Part shown: positions 1 through 12,464 of the stretch, in pieces | How the letters are laid out: the number at the start of each line of letters is the position of its first letter | How positions within the stretch are numbered: the stretch's first letter is position 1 | Source of the DNA: Octopus sinensis | Taxonomy: Eukaryota | Direction: 5' to 3' | NCBI RefSeq assembly: GCF_006345805.1 | Contig: NC_043012.1 | Location: 2,170,001-2,234,000 of the forward strand | DNA length: 64,000 bases | Program-made: the position numbers and the translations under genes | The notes under the pieces: generated by a model | What the model saw: only the letters and a program-made list of their open reading frames with translations | Told to the model about the DNA's origin: nothing | The model's database searches: none

Positions 1-552
1 CTTTTTATATGGTACCAACATGTAAAGCTCTTTATTAAAACATACACCACTCTGACAAAACCAACACTTTCCCTCCCATAAACTTATGCCATTTCAGCAG
101 AGGATTCAGCTACAAGGGCAGCCTTGGCCATGCTACACCTTCCATGTATCCTTCTGATGGAAGAAATTATGGAAGGAGTAGTATTTCATTGCCATGATAC
201 ACAAAATTTACTGTCTGAGGTCCCAAAATGTTTGTGGGTTCACTTGCACTAAAAAGGCAGAATGAGAAACATGATGCAAAAAGCACATAAGTACATCATC
301 ATCGCTTTAATGCCCACTTTTCCATGCTCGCATGGCTCAGATGGAATTTGTTGAGGCAGATTTTCTATGGCCAAATGTCCTTCCTGTCACCAATCTTCTC
401 ATGTTTCAAGTATGGTAATGTTTCCCCATGACCAGACATGTTTTCAGGAAAGATTGGAAATAAAGGACACCATTTGTATGACAGTGATGTCCCTTAAAAT
501 TATCATGCAATGCCAAGGCAGCAAGGAGACAGTAACACACACATGCATGAAT

Positions 553-592
<40 letters not shown>

Positions 593-891
593 ACACACAT
601 GCATGCACACACCCACGACAGGTTTCTTTCTGTTTCTATTTACCAAATCTTATCATGATGCTTTGACTGACCCAAGGCTCTAGTAAAAGACACTTGTCCA
701 AGGTGCCATGCAGGAAGACTGAACCCAGGACCGTGTGGTGAGAAGCAAACTTCTTACCACACAGCCACGCCTCAGCCTATGCACATCAAAATTTATAGCC
801 ACAGACAATTGCGCAATGAAAGTGCCATACTTCAAATGTTTCAAGTGGGGTTGAACAAGTCATTTTTTTGCAAATCATTAAATGACTAGAC

Positions 892-953
<62 letters not shown>

Positions 954-1104
954 ATGTACAAAACAATCTTTGTCTCTCTCTCTCTTCTCTCTATAAGCCG
1001 CTGGCTCTTCAGACCTCAGTAAAACTGTCCAACCCATACCAACATGAAAAACGGACATTAAACGATAATGATGATGATATGTATGTATGTATGCATATAT
1101 ATAC

Positions 1105-1156
<52 letters not shown>

Positions 1157-1158
<2 letters not shown>

Positions 1159-2745
1159 TCATCATCATCATCATCATTTAGCGTCCGTTTTCCATGCTAG
1201 CATGGGTTGGACGGTTCAACTGGGGTCTGGGGAGCCCGAAGGCTGCACCAGGCCAGTCAGATCTGGCAGTGTTTCTACAGCTGGATGCCCTTCCTAACGC
1301 CAACCACTCCGAGAGTGTAGTGGGTGATTTTATGTGCCACCACCGCAACGGGCCAGACGAGGCTGGCGAACGCCACGCTCGGATGGTGTTTTTATGTGCC
1401 CCGACACAGGTGCCAGACGAGGCTGGCAGACGGCCACGCTCGGATGGTGTTTTTATGTGCCACCGACACAGGTGCCAGATGAGGCTGGCAGGTGCCAGAC
1501 GAGGCTGGCAGGTGCCAGACGAGGCTGGCAGACGGCCACGCTCGGATGGTGTTTTTATGTGCCACCGACACAGGTGCCAGATGAGGCTGGCGGACGGCCA
1601 CGATCGGATGGTGTTGTTACGTCCCCAAAGCACGGAGGCCAGTCTATGCGGTACTGGCTACGGCCACGTTCGGATGATTTTCTTGGTGCCACGGCACTGG
1701 TACCACAAAGATACAAATTCCATTTATGTTCATCTATTTTGATTTGTTTTGATTTGATTTGATTTTCACTTGCCTCAACAGGTCTTCACAAGTGTCACTT
1801 GCCTCAACAGGTCTTCACAAGTGTCACAAAAGGAAGGTATGCACAGGTGGACTGTCTACGTCGCCGGGTCTTCGGATGGTGTCTTTATGTGCCACCGACA
1901 CAGGTGCCAGATGATGGTTTTTCTTGTGTGCCACGTACTGAACCACAAATACAAATCCATTGATGTTCATCTATTTTGATTTGGTTTGATTTTCACTTGC
2001 CTCAACAGGTCTTCACAAGTGTCACGCGTGTCACACACTTGCCTCAACAGGTCTCCACAAGTGTCACAACTTGCCTCTGCCTCAACAGGTCTTCACAAGT
2101 GTCACACACTTGCCTCTGCCTCAACAGGTCTTCACAAGTGTCATAAGAGGGAAGGTATGCACAGGTGGACTGACTACGTCGCCGGGTCTTTGGATGGTGT
2201 TTTTATGTGCCACCGACACGGTGCCAGGTGAGGCTGGCGAACGGCCACGATCAGATGGTGTTTGTTGTGCCCACAGCACGGAGGCCAGTCGATGCGGTAC
2301 CAGCTACGGCCACTTCGGATGGTTTTCTTGTGTGCCACCGGTACTGGAACCACAAAGATACAATTCCATGATACTCATCTATTTTGATTTGGTTTGATTT
2401 TCACTGCCTCAACAGGTCTTCACAAGTGTCACACACTTGCTCAACAGGTCTTCACAAGTGTCATAAGAGGGAAGGTATGCACAGGTGGACTGACTACGTC
2501 GCCGGGTCTTCGGATGGTGTCTTTATGTGCCACCGGCACAGGTGCCAGATGAGGCTGGCGAACGGCCACGATCGGGGTGTTTGTTGTGCCCACAGCACGG
2601 AGGCCAGTCGATGCGGTACTGGTTACGGCCACGTTTGGGTGGTTTTCTGTGTGCCACCGGCACTGGTACCACAAAGAATACAATTCCACTGATGTTCATC
2701 TATTTTGATTTGTTTTGATTTGATTTGATTTTCACTTGCCTCAAT
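1157..2745 (-). mobile_element. RTE-type LINE 3' end with tandemly amplified 3'UTR units (left arm of a ~3-kb palindromic array)
   Basis: Starts with a (CAT)n tail (reverse of (GAT)n), then the same 3'UTR seen joined to RT C-termini at 8695-9270 and 34890-35810. About four ~250-320 bp units are repeated. Confidence 0.75.
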
Positions 2746-2807
2746 GATTTTCACATATATATATATACATATATACATACATACATATACATATATATAT
2801 ATATATA

Positions 2808-4110
2808 TGCCAGCCTCATCTAGCACCTGTGTCGGTGGCACATAAAAACACCATCCGAAGACCGGCAAGACTAGTCAGGCCATAACCCATGGCCCCTACC
2901 TGGGACGTAGTCATCCACCTGTGCATTCCTTCCTCTTGTGACACTTGTGAAGACCTGTTGAGGCAAGTGAAAATCAAAATCAAAACAAATCAAAATAGAT
3001 GAACATCAATGGATCTGTATCTTTGTGGTACAGTGCGGTGGCACACAAGAGAACCATCCGAACGTGGCCGTAGCAGTTCCGCATCGACCGGCCTCCGTGC
3101 TGTGGGCACGTAACAAACACCATCCGATCATGGCCGTTCGCCAGCCTCATCTGGCACGTGTCGGTGGCACATAAAAACACCTTCCGAAGACCCGGCAAGA
3201 CTAGTCAGTCCACCTGTGCAGACCTCCTTCTTGTGACACTTGTGAAGACCGGTTGAGGCAAGTGAAAATCAAATCAAATCAAAATCAAATAGACAAAATA
3301 GATGAACATCAATGGAATTTGTATCTTGTGGTACCAGTGCCTGTGGCACACAAGAAATCCATCAGTGCTGTAGTCAGTGCGGTGGGCACATGACAACACA
3401 CCATCCGATCGTGGCCGTTCGCCAGCCTCATCTAGCACCTGTGTCGGTGACACATAAAAACACCATCCGAAGACCCGGCAAGACTAGTCAGGCCATAACC
3501 CATGGCCCCTACCTGGGACGTAGTCAGTCCACCTGTGCATACCTTCCTTCTTGTGACACTTGTGAAGACCTGTTGAGGCAAGTGAAATCAAAACAAATCA
3601 AAATAGAAAAATGAACATCAATGGAATTTGTATCTTTGTGGTACCAGTGCCGGTGGCACGTGGCACACAAGAAAACCATCCGAACGTGGCCGTAGCCAGT
3701 ACCCCACCGCTCGACTGGCCTCCGTGCTGTGGGCACGTAACAAGCACCATCCGATCGTGGCCGTTTGCCAGCCTCATCTGGCACCTGTGTCGGTGGCACA
3801 TAAAAACACCATCCGAGCGTGGCCGTCTGCCAGCCTCGTCTGGCACCTGTGTCGGTGGCACATAAAAACACCATCCGAGCGTGGCCGTTTGCCAGCCTCG
3901 TCTGGCACCTGTGTCGGTGGCACATAAAATCACCCACTACACTCTCGGAGTGGTTGGCGTTAGGAAGGGCATCCAGCTGTAGAAACACTGCCAGATCTGA
4001 CTGGACTGGTGCAGCTTTCGGGCTCCCCAGACCCCAGTTGAACCGTCCAACCCATGCTAGCATGGAAAGCGGACGTTAAATGATGATGATGATGATGATG
4101 ATATATATAT
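2808..4110 (+). mobile_element. RTE-type LINE 3' end with tandemly amplified units (right arm of the palindromic array)
   Basis: Reverse-complement match to 1157-2745, sharing diagnostic variants (ctcggagtggttggcgttagg, gggctcccc). Ends in GGACGTTAAA(TGA)n. Confidence 0.75.
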
Positions 4111-5114
4111 ATTATTATATATACACACACACACATCCATATATACATATGGAAAATATGACCATGTTTCAGTTTAATCTTATATATTATGATTTTTTTT
4201 TATGTATAAGACCCTTGCAGTCTGTTTAGAACAATAAAGTTCCTAAACTGATTGTTATCAAATTTTCTAGCCTATCTCAGACACATCATTAGGCTGTAAA
4301 TGAAGAATTGTCAACTTCTGTACTGACTCTTTTGTAGTGGAGGACTTATATATGCAGACTTTAACACTAGAGTTTGACCATGAGACCTCCAGGTCATCAG
4401 GCTGCAACTGAGAGATATCGGGCACATCTGCAACAAAGAAATATGCCTACTTCTCTCATTTCCTCATTCATGAGTGCAAATGGAATGCAGAGTATATGCA
4501 GGGTAGTCACAATCCTCTGATATTTCATGTGGTTGTTTCTGCTGTTGAAGTGTTGTTGTTTTATAAGAAGTGGAGTGTTGATCTTGCCATATTAGTGCAT
4601 GATTTTTGTCATTGTGAAACCCCATAATAGGAAAGGGTTACATCTTAAAAGGATAGATGAAGGAAACACAAAATATGCACATACTTGATAGCAGGTCAAC
4701 AGAGACCATATGTATGTATGCACGCATGCATGCATGTATGTATATATGTATGTATGTACGCATGTATGTATGTATGTATGTATGTATGTATGTGTGTGTA
4801 TGTATGTATGTATGTATGTATGTATGTAGGTATGTATGTATGCATGTATGTATCTATCTATCTATCTATTTATCTATTTATCTATATGTCTATCTATCTA
4901 TCACTCTGTCTATCTGGCTATCCTATTTCTTCTTTCTCTCTCTCTCTCTCTCTCCTGTCTATCATTCTCTTGACTCTTTCTCTCCCAGTCAGTCTTCTGT
5001 CTATCTATCTATCTGTCTGTCTGTCTTATCTATCTCTTCTCTCTCTCTCACTCTCTCTCTCCTATCTATCATACTCTTGACTCTTTCTCTCCCTGTCAGT
5101 CTTCTGTCTATCTA

Positions 5115-6119
5115 CAGTGGGGGGGAGAAATAAATATTCGTACATGTCAAAATTCTTTATTTATTTAATTTCTAATGAAAATAAATGGGATATACCAATA
5201 CTATATATGCATACAGATGCATAAACTAAGAATATGCAAAAGAAGCTAATAAATTATAGCAACTAATGAATTTATATTCAATTATAAATATTTAGGGGTG
5301 AAAAAAGTATTCGTACAGAACATAAATAACTGATAATTCTGATTTAATACTTTGTAGCATAACCATTATTCAGTTCCACTTCAACCAGTCTCTTCTTGTA
5401 GTTCTTAATCAATGACTTGCATGTTTCTTTAGGAATTTTTTCCCATTCTTTTTGACAAATTTTCTTCAAATCTGTAATGCACATTGGGGCTCTTGAATGA
5501 ATTTTAATTTTCAAATAATGTCACAAATTTTCAATTGGGTTCAAGTCAGGTGACTGGCTTGGCCATTCTAATAATTTTATATTGTGATTGACAATCCATT
5601 TTTTGGTAGACTTCACCGTGTGCTTAGGATCGTTATCCTGTTGTAAAACCCACCCTTCACAAAGCTGGAGCTTTTCTACAGAGTCCCATAAATTATTGTT
5701 CAAAATTTCATCCAAACAATTCAATTTTCGACTCGTCTGTCCATAGAACATTTTCCCAGAATGTATCAGATTTATCTTTATGTTCATAAACAAATTTTAA
5801 ACGGGCATCTCTATGCCTTTTAGTTAACAGCGGAGTGTTTCTAGGAGAGCGTGATTTCAGTTCATTCCTATGAAGTTCATTGCTGATTGTTCATAGTGTA
5901 ACACTAGTCCCCGAAGCTAACAAATCTTCTTGCAACTCCTTTCTGGTGATCATTGCGTTTCTTCCAATTCTTCGCTTCATTTTTCTTAAAGATCTAGGGG
6001 AAATCTTGCGTGGTGCACTGGATCTTATTCTGTTTTCAACAATTCCCGATTGTTTTATATCTTTGAATAAATGAAGATATGGTAGAAAATGGAATACAAA
6101 TATTTATTTCTCCCCACTG
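5115..6119 (-). mobile_element. Internally deleted Tc1 (DD34E) DNA transposon
   Basis: TA target duplication at 5113-5114 and 6120-6121. TIRs are CAGTGGGG..GAGAAATAAATATT. The minus strand encodes STISSFIQRYKTIG..., [11 protein letters not shown] and QQDNDPKH...[14 protein letters not shown] (34 residues between D and E), with in-frame stops and deletions. Confidence 0.95.
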
Positions 6120-6175
<56 letters not shown>

Positions 6176-6214
6176 ATCTATCTATCTATCTGTCTGTCTG
6201 TCCTATCTATCTCT

Positions 6215-6246
<32 letters not shown>

Positions 6247-7235
6247 ATCCATCTCTTGACTCTTTCTCTCCCTGCAAGTCTGTGTCCATATATCTATGCA
6301 TCAATCTGTCTATCTAGCTATAAATATGAGTGTATATGCATGTATACATTCATACATGCATACACAGACATGTACATAATGTAACCTTTATATGACTGCA
6401 TATACGCACACATATACAAACACACACACACACACATATATACATACAAACTCCTATGACATATACACATACATATATGATTATATGTATGTCTATTACA
6501 TACGTGCATATATCTATGTGTGAGGTGTGTGTGTATGTGCGTGTGTGCATGTGTGTGTGTATGTGTGTGTATGTGTATGTGTGTGTAGACATATAATTAC
6601 AATTCAATTGATTTTTCCATGGCATACAGTCAGGAACTATTGCTGCCTTCACTTGGAAAGACTACAAAAAGTGAAAGTAAATAAAAACAACCCCCACCCC
6701 ACCCCCTTACAAGACTTTATTTTATTTATCCTTTCAACTTGGACAAGACACAAGACTAATCAAATAGACTGTAAACACAAGTAATATAGATGTGTAAATA
6801 TATGTATATGCATGTATGTGTGTATACACACACATTATATGTGTGTGTTTATGTATATGATAAATGTATGCATATATGTGTATATATATATATATCTATA
6901 TACATACACACATATAAGATATAATATACATATATACACATATATACACACATATATATATACACATATACACACATATATACACACACATATACATTTA
7001 TTTTGTAACATTATCAAATGGTTCACTTATCTAGACCTATTATTCAGACTTATTCTTGATATATTTCTCTTAACCGATTAAAAAGACAAAGCTACCTGCA
7101 CATGGGCACTTAAAAGAAGATAAAAACATTTCAAGTAGGGACTCCTCTTCTGAAAAGGATAGTAAATAGACAGTGATTACTGGAGTTTTGCAATAGAGTG
7201 GATTAATGTGGTTTTGTCATTGTATTTCCCAATTT

Positions 7236-7447
7236 TTACATTATTTACATTATTTATATTTTACGGATTGTCCTCACCTTGTTTGTTGTTAACACAACGT
7301 TTTGGCTGATATACCCTTCAGCCTTCATCAGGTGTCTTGGGGAAATTTCGAACCTGGGTTCTCATTCCTAAGGTACTTGATTTATTATTATTATTATTAT
7401 TATTATTTATTATTATTATTATTATTATATTATCATCATTATTATTA

Positions 7448-7485
<38 letters not shown>

Positions 7486-7502
7486 TATTATTATTATTAT
7501 TA

Positions 7503-7559
<57 letters not shown>

Positions 7560-7622
7560 TCACTACCTGGAATCAAACTCAGAATCTTGGGGTTAGTAGC
7601 CTGCACTCATAACCACTTGGAA
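7236..7622 (-). mobile_element. tRNA-derived SINE with (AAT)n linker and a hammerhead-like 3' body
   Basis: On the minus strand: a tRNA-like head with A/B boxes (7557-7620), an (AAT)n tract, the body AGTACCTTAGGAATGAGAACCCAGG...CTGATGAAGGCTGA..., and an AATAATGTA tail. The same body occurs at 44140-44274. Confidence 0.75.
7291..7336 (-). ncRNA. Degenerate minimal type I hammerhead ribozyme motif (G12 mutated to A)
   Basis: GACAC-CTGATGA-A-GGCTGA(AGGGTATA)TCAGCC-AAAA-CG-T-T-GTGTT. Stem I is GACAC/GTGTT, stem II is 6 bp, and stem III is the palindrome ACGT. The paralogue at 44191-44226 retains GAAA. Confidence 0.55.
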
Positions 7623-8231
7623 GTAACTTGTGCCTACTTCTTCAAATAATCATACCACTAAATAACAAGGTGAATGTCCAGATATGTATATATTACTGGT
7701 ATTTACCAATCTAAGAGAGAAAGAAAGAAAGAAAGAAGGAGAATGCAAAAGAGAGGGGGGGAATGAGAGATGAAAGGCAGAGTCGAAACAGAGAAGCATA
7801 ATGCTATAGCATACATCAATGCAAACCATAGCATATATCAAAAGAAGCATCTGTTACATCTCTAAGAACTTTCACGTGAAAAGAGATATATTACAGAGGA
7901 GAATCCTGACAATGATTTACAGTGTGTGTCAGAAACCATTGCCTCGTGTTGGCACAGAACTTCAAAAATAAAAGATGGACAATTGAAATGGAGTGGCATG
8001 GAAAGTTTTAGTTGATGTGAGTTGCTGAAATAGAGAAAAAAAATGTTTAGAAATGCACCAGTTCGTGATAGAAGAACAATGCATTCATTCATTCAAAAGG
8101 TTTACAACACCAAGATTTTTGTTGAGCAAGTAAAGCAAAGCAAGTAATTTCTCTGTACATGTATAAGCATACATATAAGTTTATACACACACACACATGA
8201 ATGTGTGTATATGTGTGTGCGTGTGGTATAT

Positions 8232-8330
<99 letters not shown>

Positions 8331-8429
8331 CACATACATATATATACTTAAATATATATTTAAGTATATATATAATATATATGTATGTATATATATTTAT
8401 ACACACAATACATATATATACTTAAAAAT

Positions 8430-8460
<31 letters not shown>

Positions 8461-8588
8461 GTAATAAAATATGTTACATGGCAACTGACTAATTGTCACA
8501 TATTATACTTTAGATAAATTCCTCTATTTACATAATATCAAGGTGTCATTCATTCTTTTGTTGTCATATTATTATTAGTTTGTTTATT

Positions 8589-8630
<42 letters not shown>

Positions 8631-8694
8631 ATTATATATATATATATATATATACATACGTGCATGTATGAGTGTGTGTGAGGACAGCTGTGTG

Positions 8695-9270
8695 AAAAAG
8701 TGTCACACCCTAACAGTGGAGGGAACCTGTGGAAGAGGTAGACCTGGGATGAGGTGGTGAAGCATGACCTTTGAATGTTGGGCCTCACAGAGGCAATGAT
8801 GAGCAACCAAGACTGTTGGAAATATGCTCTGCTTGAGAAGACCCGGAAAGCCAAGTGAGACCATAACCGTGGACTACGCCAGTGCAGCATAACTGGCCTA
8901 TTTAAGAGTACCCTTCAATCATTGGGCAATAAACTGCTTGAGAAGACCTGTTGAGTCAAGAGAAATCATTGTCGTGGCTGATGCCAGTATCGCCTGACTG
9001 GCACCTGTGCTGGTGGCACATAAAAAACACCATTCAAGCATGGTTATTGCCAGTGCTGCTTGTCTGGCCCTCGTGCCAATGGCACGTAAAAAGCACCCAC
9101 TACACTCACGGAGTAGTTGGTGATAGGAAGGACATCCAGCAGTAGAAACTTTGCTAGATCAAATTGGAGCCTGGTGTAGCCTTCTGGGTTGTCAGTCCTC
9201 AATCAAAACATCCAACCCATGCCAGCATGGAAAGTGGACGTTAAACAATTATGATGATGATGATGATATA
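8695..9270 (+). mobile_element. RTE-clade LINE 3' fragment (ORF C-terminus, 3'UTR and (GAT)n tail)
   Basis: Translates to EDSCVKKCHTLTVEGTCGRGRP..WDEVVKHDL*MLGLTEAM..LEKTRKAK*, followed by the common UTR and tail. Confidence 0.85.
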
Positions 9271-9499
9271 TATATAAATATATATATATATAAATACAAA
9301 ATGGGACAAGAACGCAAAACATTCAAATAGACGATACAAAAAACGGACGGGTCATTCGAAGCCTCTAATCTTCAGTCAAGAACCGGATCATCCTCGCAAT
9401 TTCGGTTGATTAAGTTCCATCTGATCCAAACAAGCATGAAAAAGAGGATTTAAAACAATCACCATCATCATCACCACCATCATTTGATGTCTGTTTTCC

Positions 9500-9990
9500 A
9501 GACATTGAATGATGATAGTGAAAACTTCTGATGCTAAAAACTTTCTGAGGGTCACTATATGTGATGAGAATTTGTTCCATTTTGTATCTGAGGACAGAAT
9601 CTAAAGTCTATGAGAAGTCTACAAACACTAAGACTGCTTGTAGATTTTGTAATTCCTGACTCACTTGGTGATTCTTCAGATTGTTTAAATCTGTCCTGAA
9701 CCCATTTTGGTTTCTTTGTAAAACCTTCTAGGATTCTGGCTATACACAGTTAGAGAACAATTTGTTGTAAATAATTGTTTCTATCACTTTAAAAGTGGAC
9801 CCTCAGTTATTTTTAGCCAAGCTTAAATCCCTTTCTTTCAGGAGTGGAATGGAAGACTGCAACTTTCAGTTCAGCTCCCTGTTGGGTTTTGATCATATGT
9901 AGCATTTGAAAATTGAGAAAGGTTATCACTGAATGCCTCTGCTTTCCAACCTTCTTGTGGTATGTTATCAAGGCCAGATGCTTTCCTATT
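9500..9990 (-). mobile_element. Decayed non-LTR reverse transcriptase fragment (RTE/RTEX-like)
   Basis: Minus-strand remnants KKGDLSLAKN, IYNKLFSNC, KVLQRNQNGFR and LQAVLVFVDFS*TLDSVLRYKMEQIL, with stops and frameshifts. Confidence 0.85.
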
Positions 9991-10089
9991 TTTGGTCCTT
10001 ATCATTAAATCAGTGAGTTTATCTAATGTGAAGTAATAAAGTTATGATAAACACTTATTGAAAGCTATTGTGCATAAAAGCCTATAAAT

Positions 10090-10270
10090 GGCTTACATAG
10101 AACATCTTTCAAACTCAATACACACAACAGATACACTCCTTCAGATCCAGATACAGAATCGACTCTACATCTCTTTTCCAATATATCTGGAAACTCAAAA
10201 GTCAAGGAATCCATGGAACCTTGATAAAATGGGGTGTCTTTGAGAAAACCATATCAAACATTCTCACATG
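10090..10270 (+). mobile_element. Penelope-like element GIY-YIG endonuclease remnant
   Basis: QQIHSFRSRYRIDSTSLFQYIWKLKSQGIHGTLIKWGVFEK resembles the PLE C-terminal pattern H..SF....ST.LS.YIW.LK...IKW. Confidence 0.7.
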
Positions 10271-10979
10271 CTCCCAGAGAGAAAAAAAAACCCATAAAAA
10301 CAAATTAAGATGATCAAGATTTATATTTTTTCTGTTGTACACAGACTACATCTATATTACCATGTATTGAAGTGTTTTGTTTCAATGTCCTACTCTACTA
10401 CAGAACATATCTATAGATTTTTAAACAACACTATATATTGACAAATGCTGTAAATGCATTAATACTTTATTGATCAAACTAGCCCCCATAATTGCATTGA
10501 TCCTCATTTCCATTATGACCAATTTTCCATGCTTGCATGGGTCAAACAAAGTTTATTGAAGCAGATTTTTGAAATCTATGTCTGGATGCCCAACCCTCAC
10601 CTGTTTGCAATTAAGGTAATATTCCCTCATGCTCGAACTTGTTTCTGTTGAATATTGGAAATGAACAGCTTGTATGAAAGACACACTCATTTGAAACTAT
10701 CACACAATGTCAGGACAGGGAGACACCACCATACACAGTTATACACACAAATAGACACACACACACACACACACACATTGTATTGTGTATTTGTTTTTTT
10801 TTGCATTTGATATTTATTATTGATCTTCTATAATAACAAAGCTGCGTCCCTTAATTTGCTGCTTTTCTATACACGAACCAAGAAGAACTCTTGTGCAATA
10901 GACGTTATTTTAATGAGATACATCTTGTAATCACCAGAAGAGACCCATCTGCAACTGAACTAGTTATTCAGTATCCTAC

Positions 10980-11063
10980 CCATGAGGGATTGATGCCAGA
11001 TGGGTTGAAACGATTGTAGTGATCATTAAACATTCTTGTATATTCCATTTCTGTCTCTCTTTC
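10980..11063 (-). CDS. Candidate internal exon (ERETEMEYTRMFNDHYNRFNPSGINPSW), unidentified
   Basis: Bounded by ttgattaag and gtagga, phase 0-0, in frame with the candidate at 14109-14240. The acceptor is weak. Confidence 0.2.
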
Positions 11064-11069
11064 CTTAAT

Positions 11070-11103
<34 letters not shown>

Positions 11104-11108
<5 letters not shown>

Positions 11109-11652
11109 CGTAAAAGCACCATCCGTTCGTGTCCGTTGCCAGCCTCGCCTGGCCCCCGTGCCGGTGACACGTAAAAGCACCATCCGTTCGTGGCCATTTG
11201 CCAGCTCTGTCTGGCCCCATGTCGGTGGCACGTAAAAGCACCATTCCATTCGTGGCCGTTTGCCAGCTCTGTCTGGCCCCCGTGTCGGTGGCACGTAAAA
11301 GCACCATTCCATTCGTGGCCGTTTGCCAGCTCTGTCTGGCCCCCGTGTCGGTGGCACGTAAAAGCACCATCTGTTCGTGTTCGTTGCCAGCCTCGCCTGG
11401 CCCCCATGCCGGTGACACGTAAAAGCACCATCCGTTCGTGGCCGTTTGCCAGCTCTGTCTGGCACCTGTGCGGGTGGCACGTAAATAGCACCCACTACAC
11501 TCACGGAGTGGTTGGCGTTAGGAAGGGCATCTAACCGTAGAAACACTGCCAGATCTGACTGGGCCTGACGAAGCCTTCCAGCTTCACAGACCCCAGTTGA
11601 ACCGTCCAACCCATGCTAGCATGGAAAGCGGACGCTAAATGATGATGATGAT
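11104..11652 (+). mobile_element. RTE LINE 3'UTR copy with about six tandem ~60-bp units
   Basis: Repeated GGTGGCACGTAAAAGCACCAT(T)CC..GTGGCCGTTTGCCAGC, followed by the standard tail and (GAT)n. Confidence 0.8.
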
Positions 11653-11664
11653 ATATATATATAA

Positions 11665-12075
11665 GTGTAGGAGTGGCTGTGTGGTAAGTATATTACTCAC
11701 CAACTACATGGTTCCAGGTTCAGTACGACTGCGTGGCACCTTGGGCAAGTGTCTTGACTGTAGCCTTAGGCCGACCAAAGCCTTGTGAGTGGATTTGGTA
11801 GACAGAAACTGAAAGAAAAGCCCATCGTATACACACACACACACATATATATGCATGTGTATATGTTCGTGTGTGTGTGTGTTTGTCCTCTCCAACATCA
11901 CTTGACAACCGATACTGGTGTGCTTGTATCACCATAACTTAGCGGTTCAGCAAAAGACCAATAGAATAAGTACTAGGCTTACAAAGAATAAGTCCTAGGG
12001 TCGATTTGCTTGACTAAAGGCGGTGCTCCAGCATGGCCACAGTCAAAATAACTGAAAGAAGTAAAAGAATAAAAG
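11665..12075 (+). mobile_element. tRNA-derived SINE, family B (head AGGAGTGGCTGTGTGGTAAG...), with an internal (CA)n tract
   Basis: tRNA-like head with B box GGTTCAGT and an AAGAGT/AAGAAT tail. More than 10 related copies occur in the window. Confidence 0.8.
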
Positions 12076-12403
12076 AATATATATATGTATATATAGAAAA
12101 TAGTAAAAAGTGAAAAAAACTACAGAAAGCTTGTTTTAAAAGGTTAAAAAATATATATTTGAGTCATTATATATATATATAGTCGCATACACACACACAT
12201 ATATCAAAGGCTTCTTTCAGTTTCCATTTTCCAAGTAGACTCACAAGGATCTGATTGGCTTGAGGCTATAGTAGAAGACACCAGGTTGTCACACAGTGGG
12301 ACAGAACCTAAAACCATGTGGCTAGGAAGCAATTTTTGCCAATTACAGATTCAAACCTGCACCATGATAAATGCAAATTGGTCTATCCAAGTTGCCTTAG
12401 CTC

Positions 12404-12464
<61 letters not shown>

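Noticed and set aside
4370-4410. Minus-strand CTGATGA...GGTCAAAC resembling a hammerhead
   Set aside because: It lacks GAAA, and neither helix I nor helix III can be formed.
4338-4627. A ~96-codon + frame interrupted by a single TGA in a CxU-like context (GCN*EISG), suggesting a selenoprotein
   Set aside because: It shows no resemblance to known selenoprotein families and I found no SECIS-like element. Such frames occur by chance, and a competing minus-strand frame (DVPDISQLQPDDLEVSWS...) is equally unsupported.
7896-8016. + strand segment ending at a GTGAGT donor
   Set aside because: All three frames contain stops before the donor.
9345-9420. Minus-strand CCGAAA...CTGAAGA in a repeat fragment, a possible permuted hammerhead
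   Set aside because: The required helices and NUH site cannot be assembled, and the copy is truncated.
9673-9747. Apparent 75-nt symmetric exon on the minus strand (RILEGFTKKPKWVQDRFKQSEESP) with a GTGAGT donor
   Set aside because: Another frame of the same bases reads KVLQRNQNGFR, part of the LINE RT remnant.
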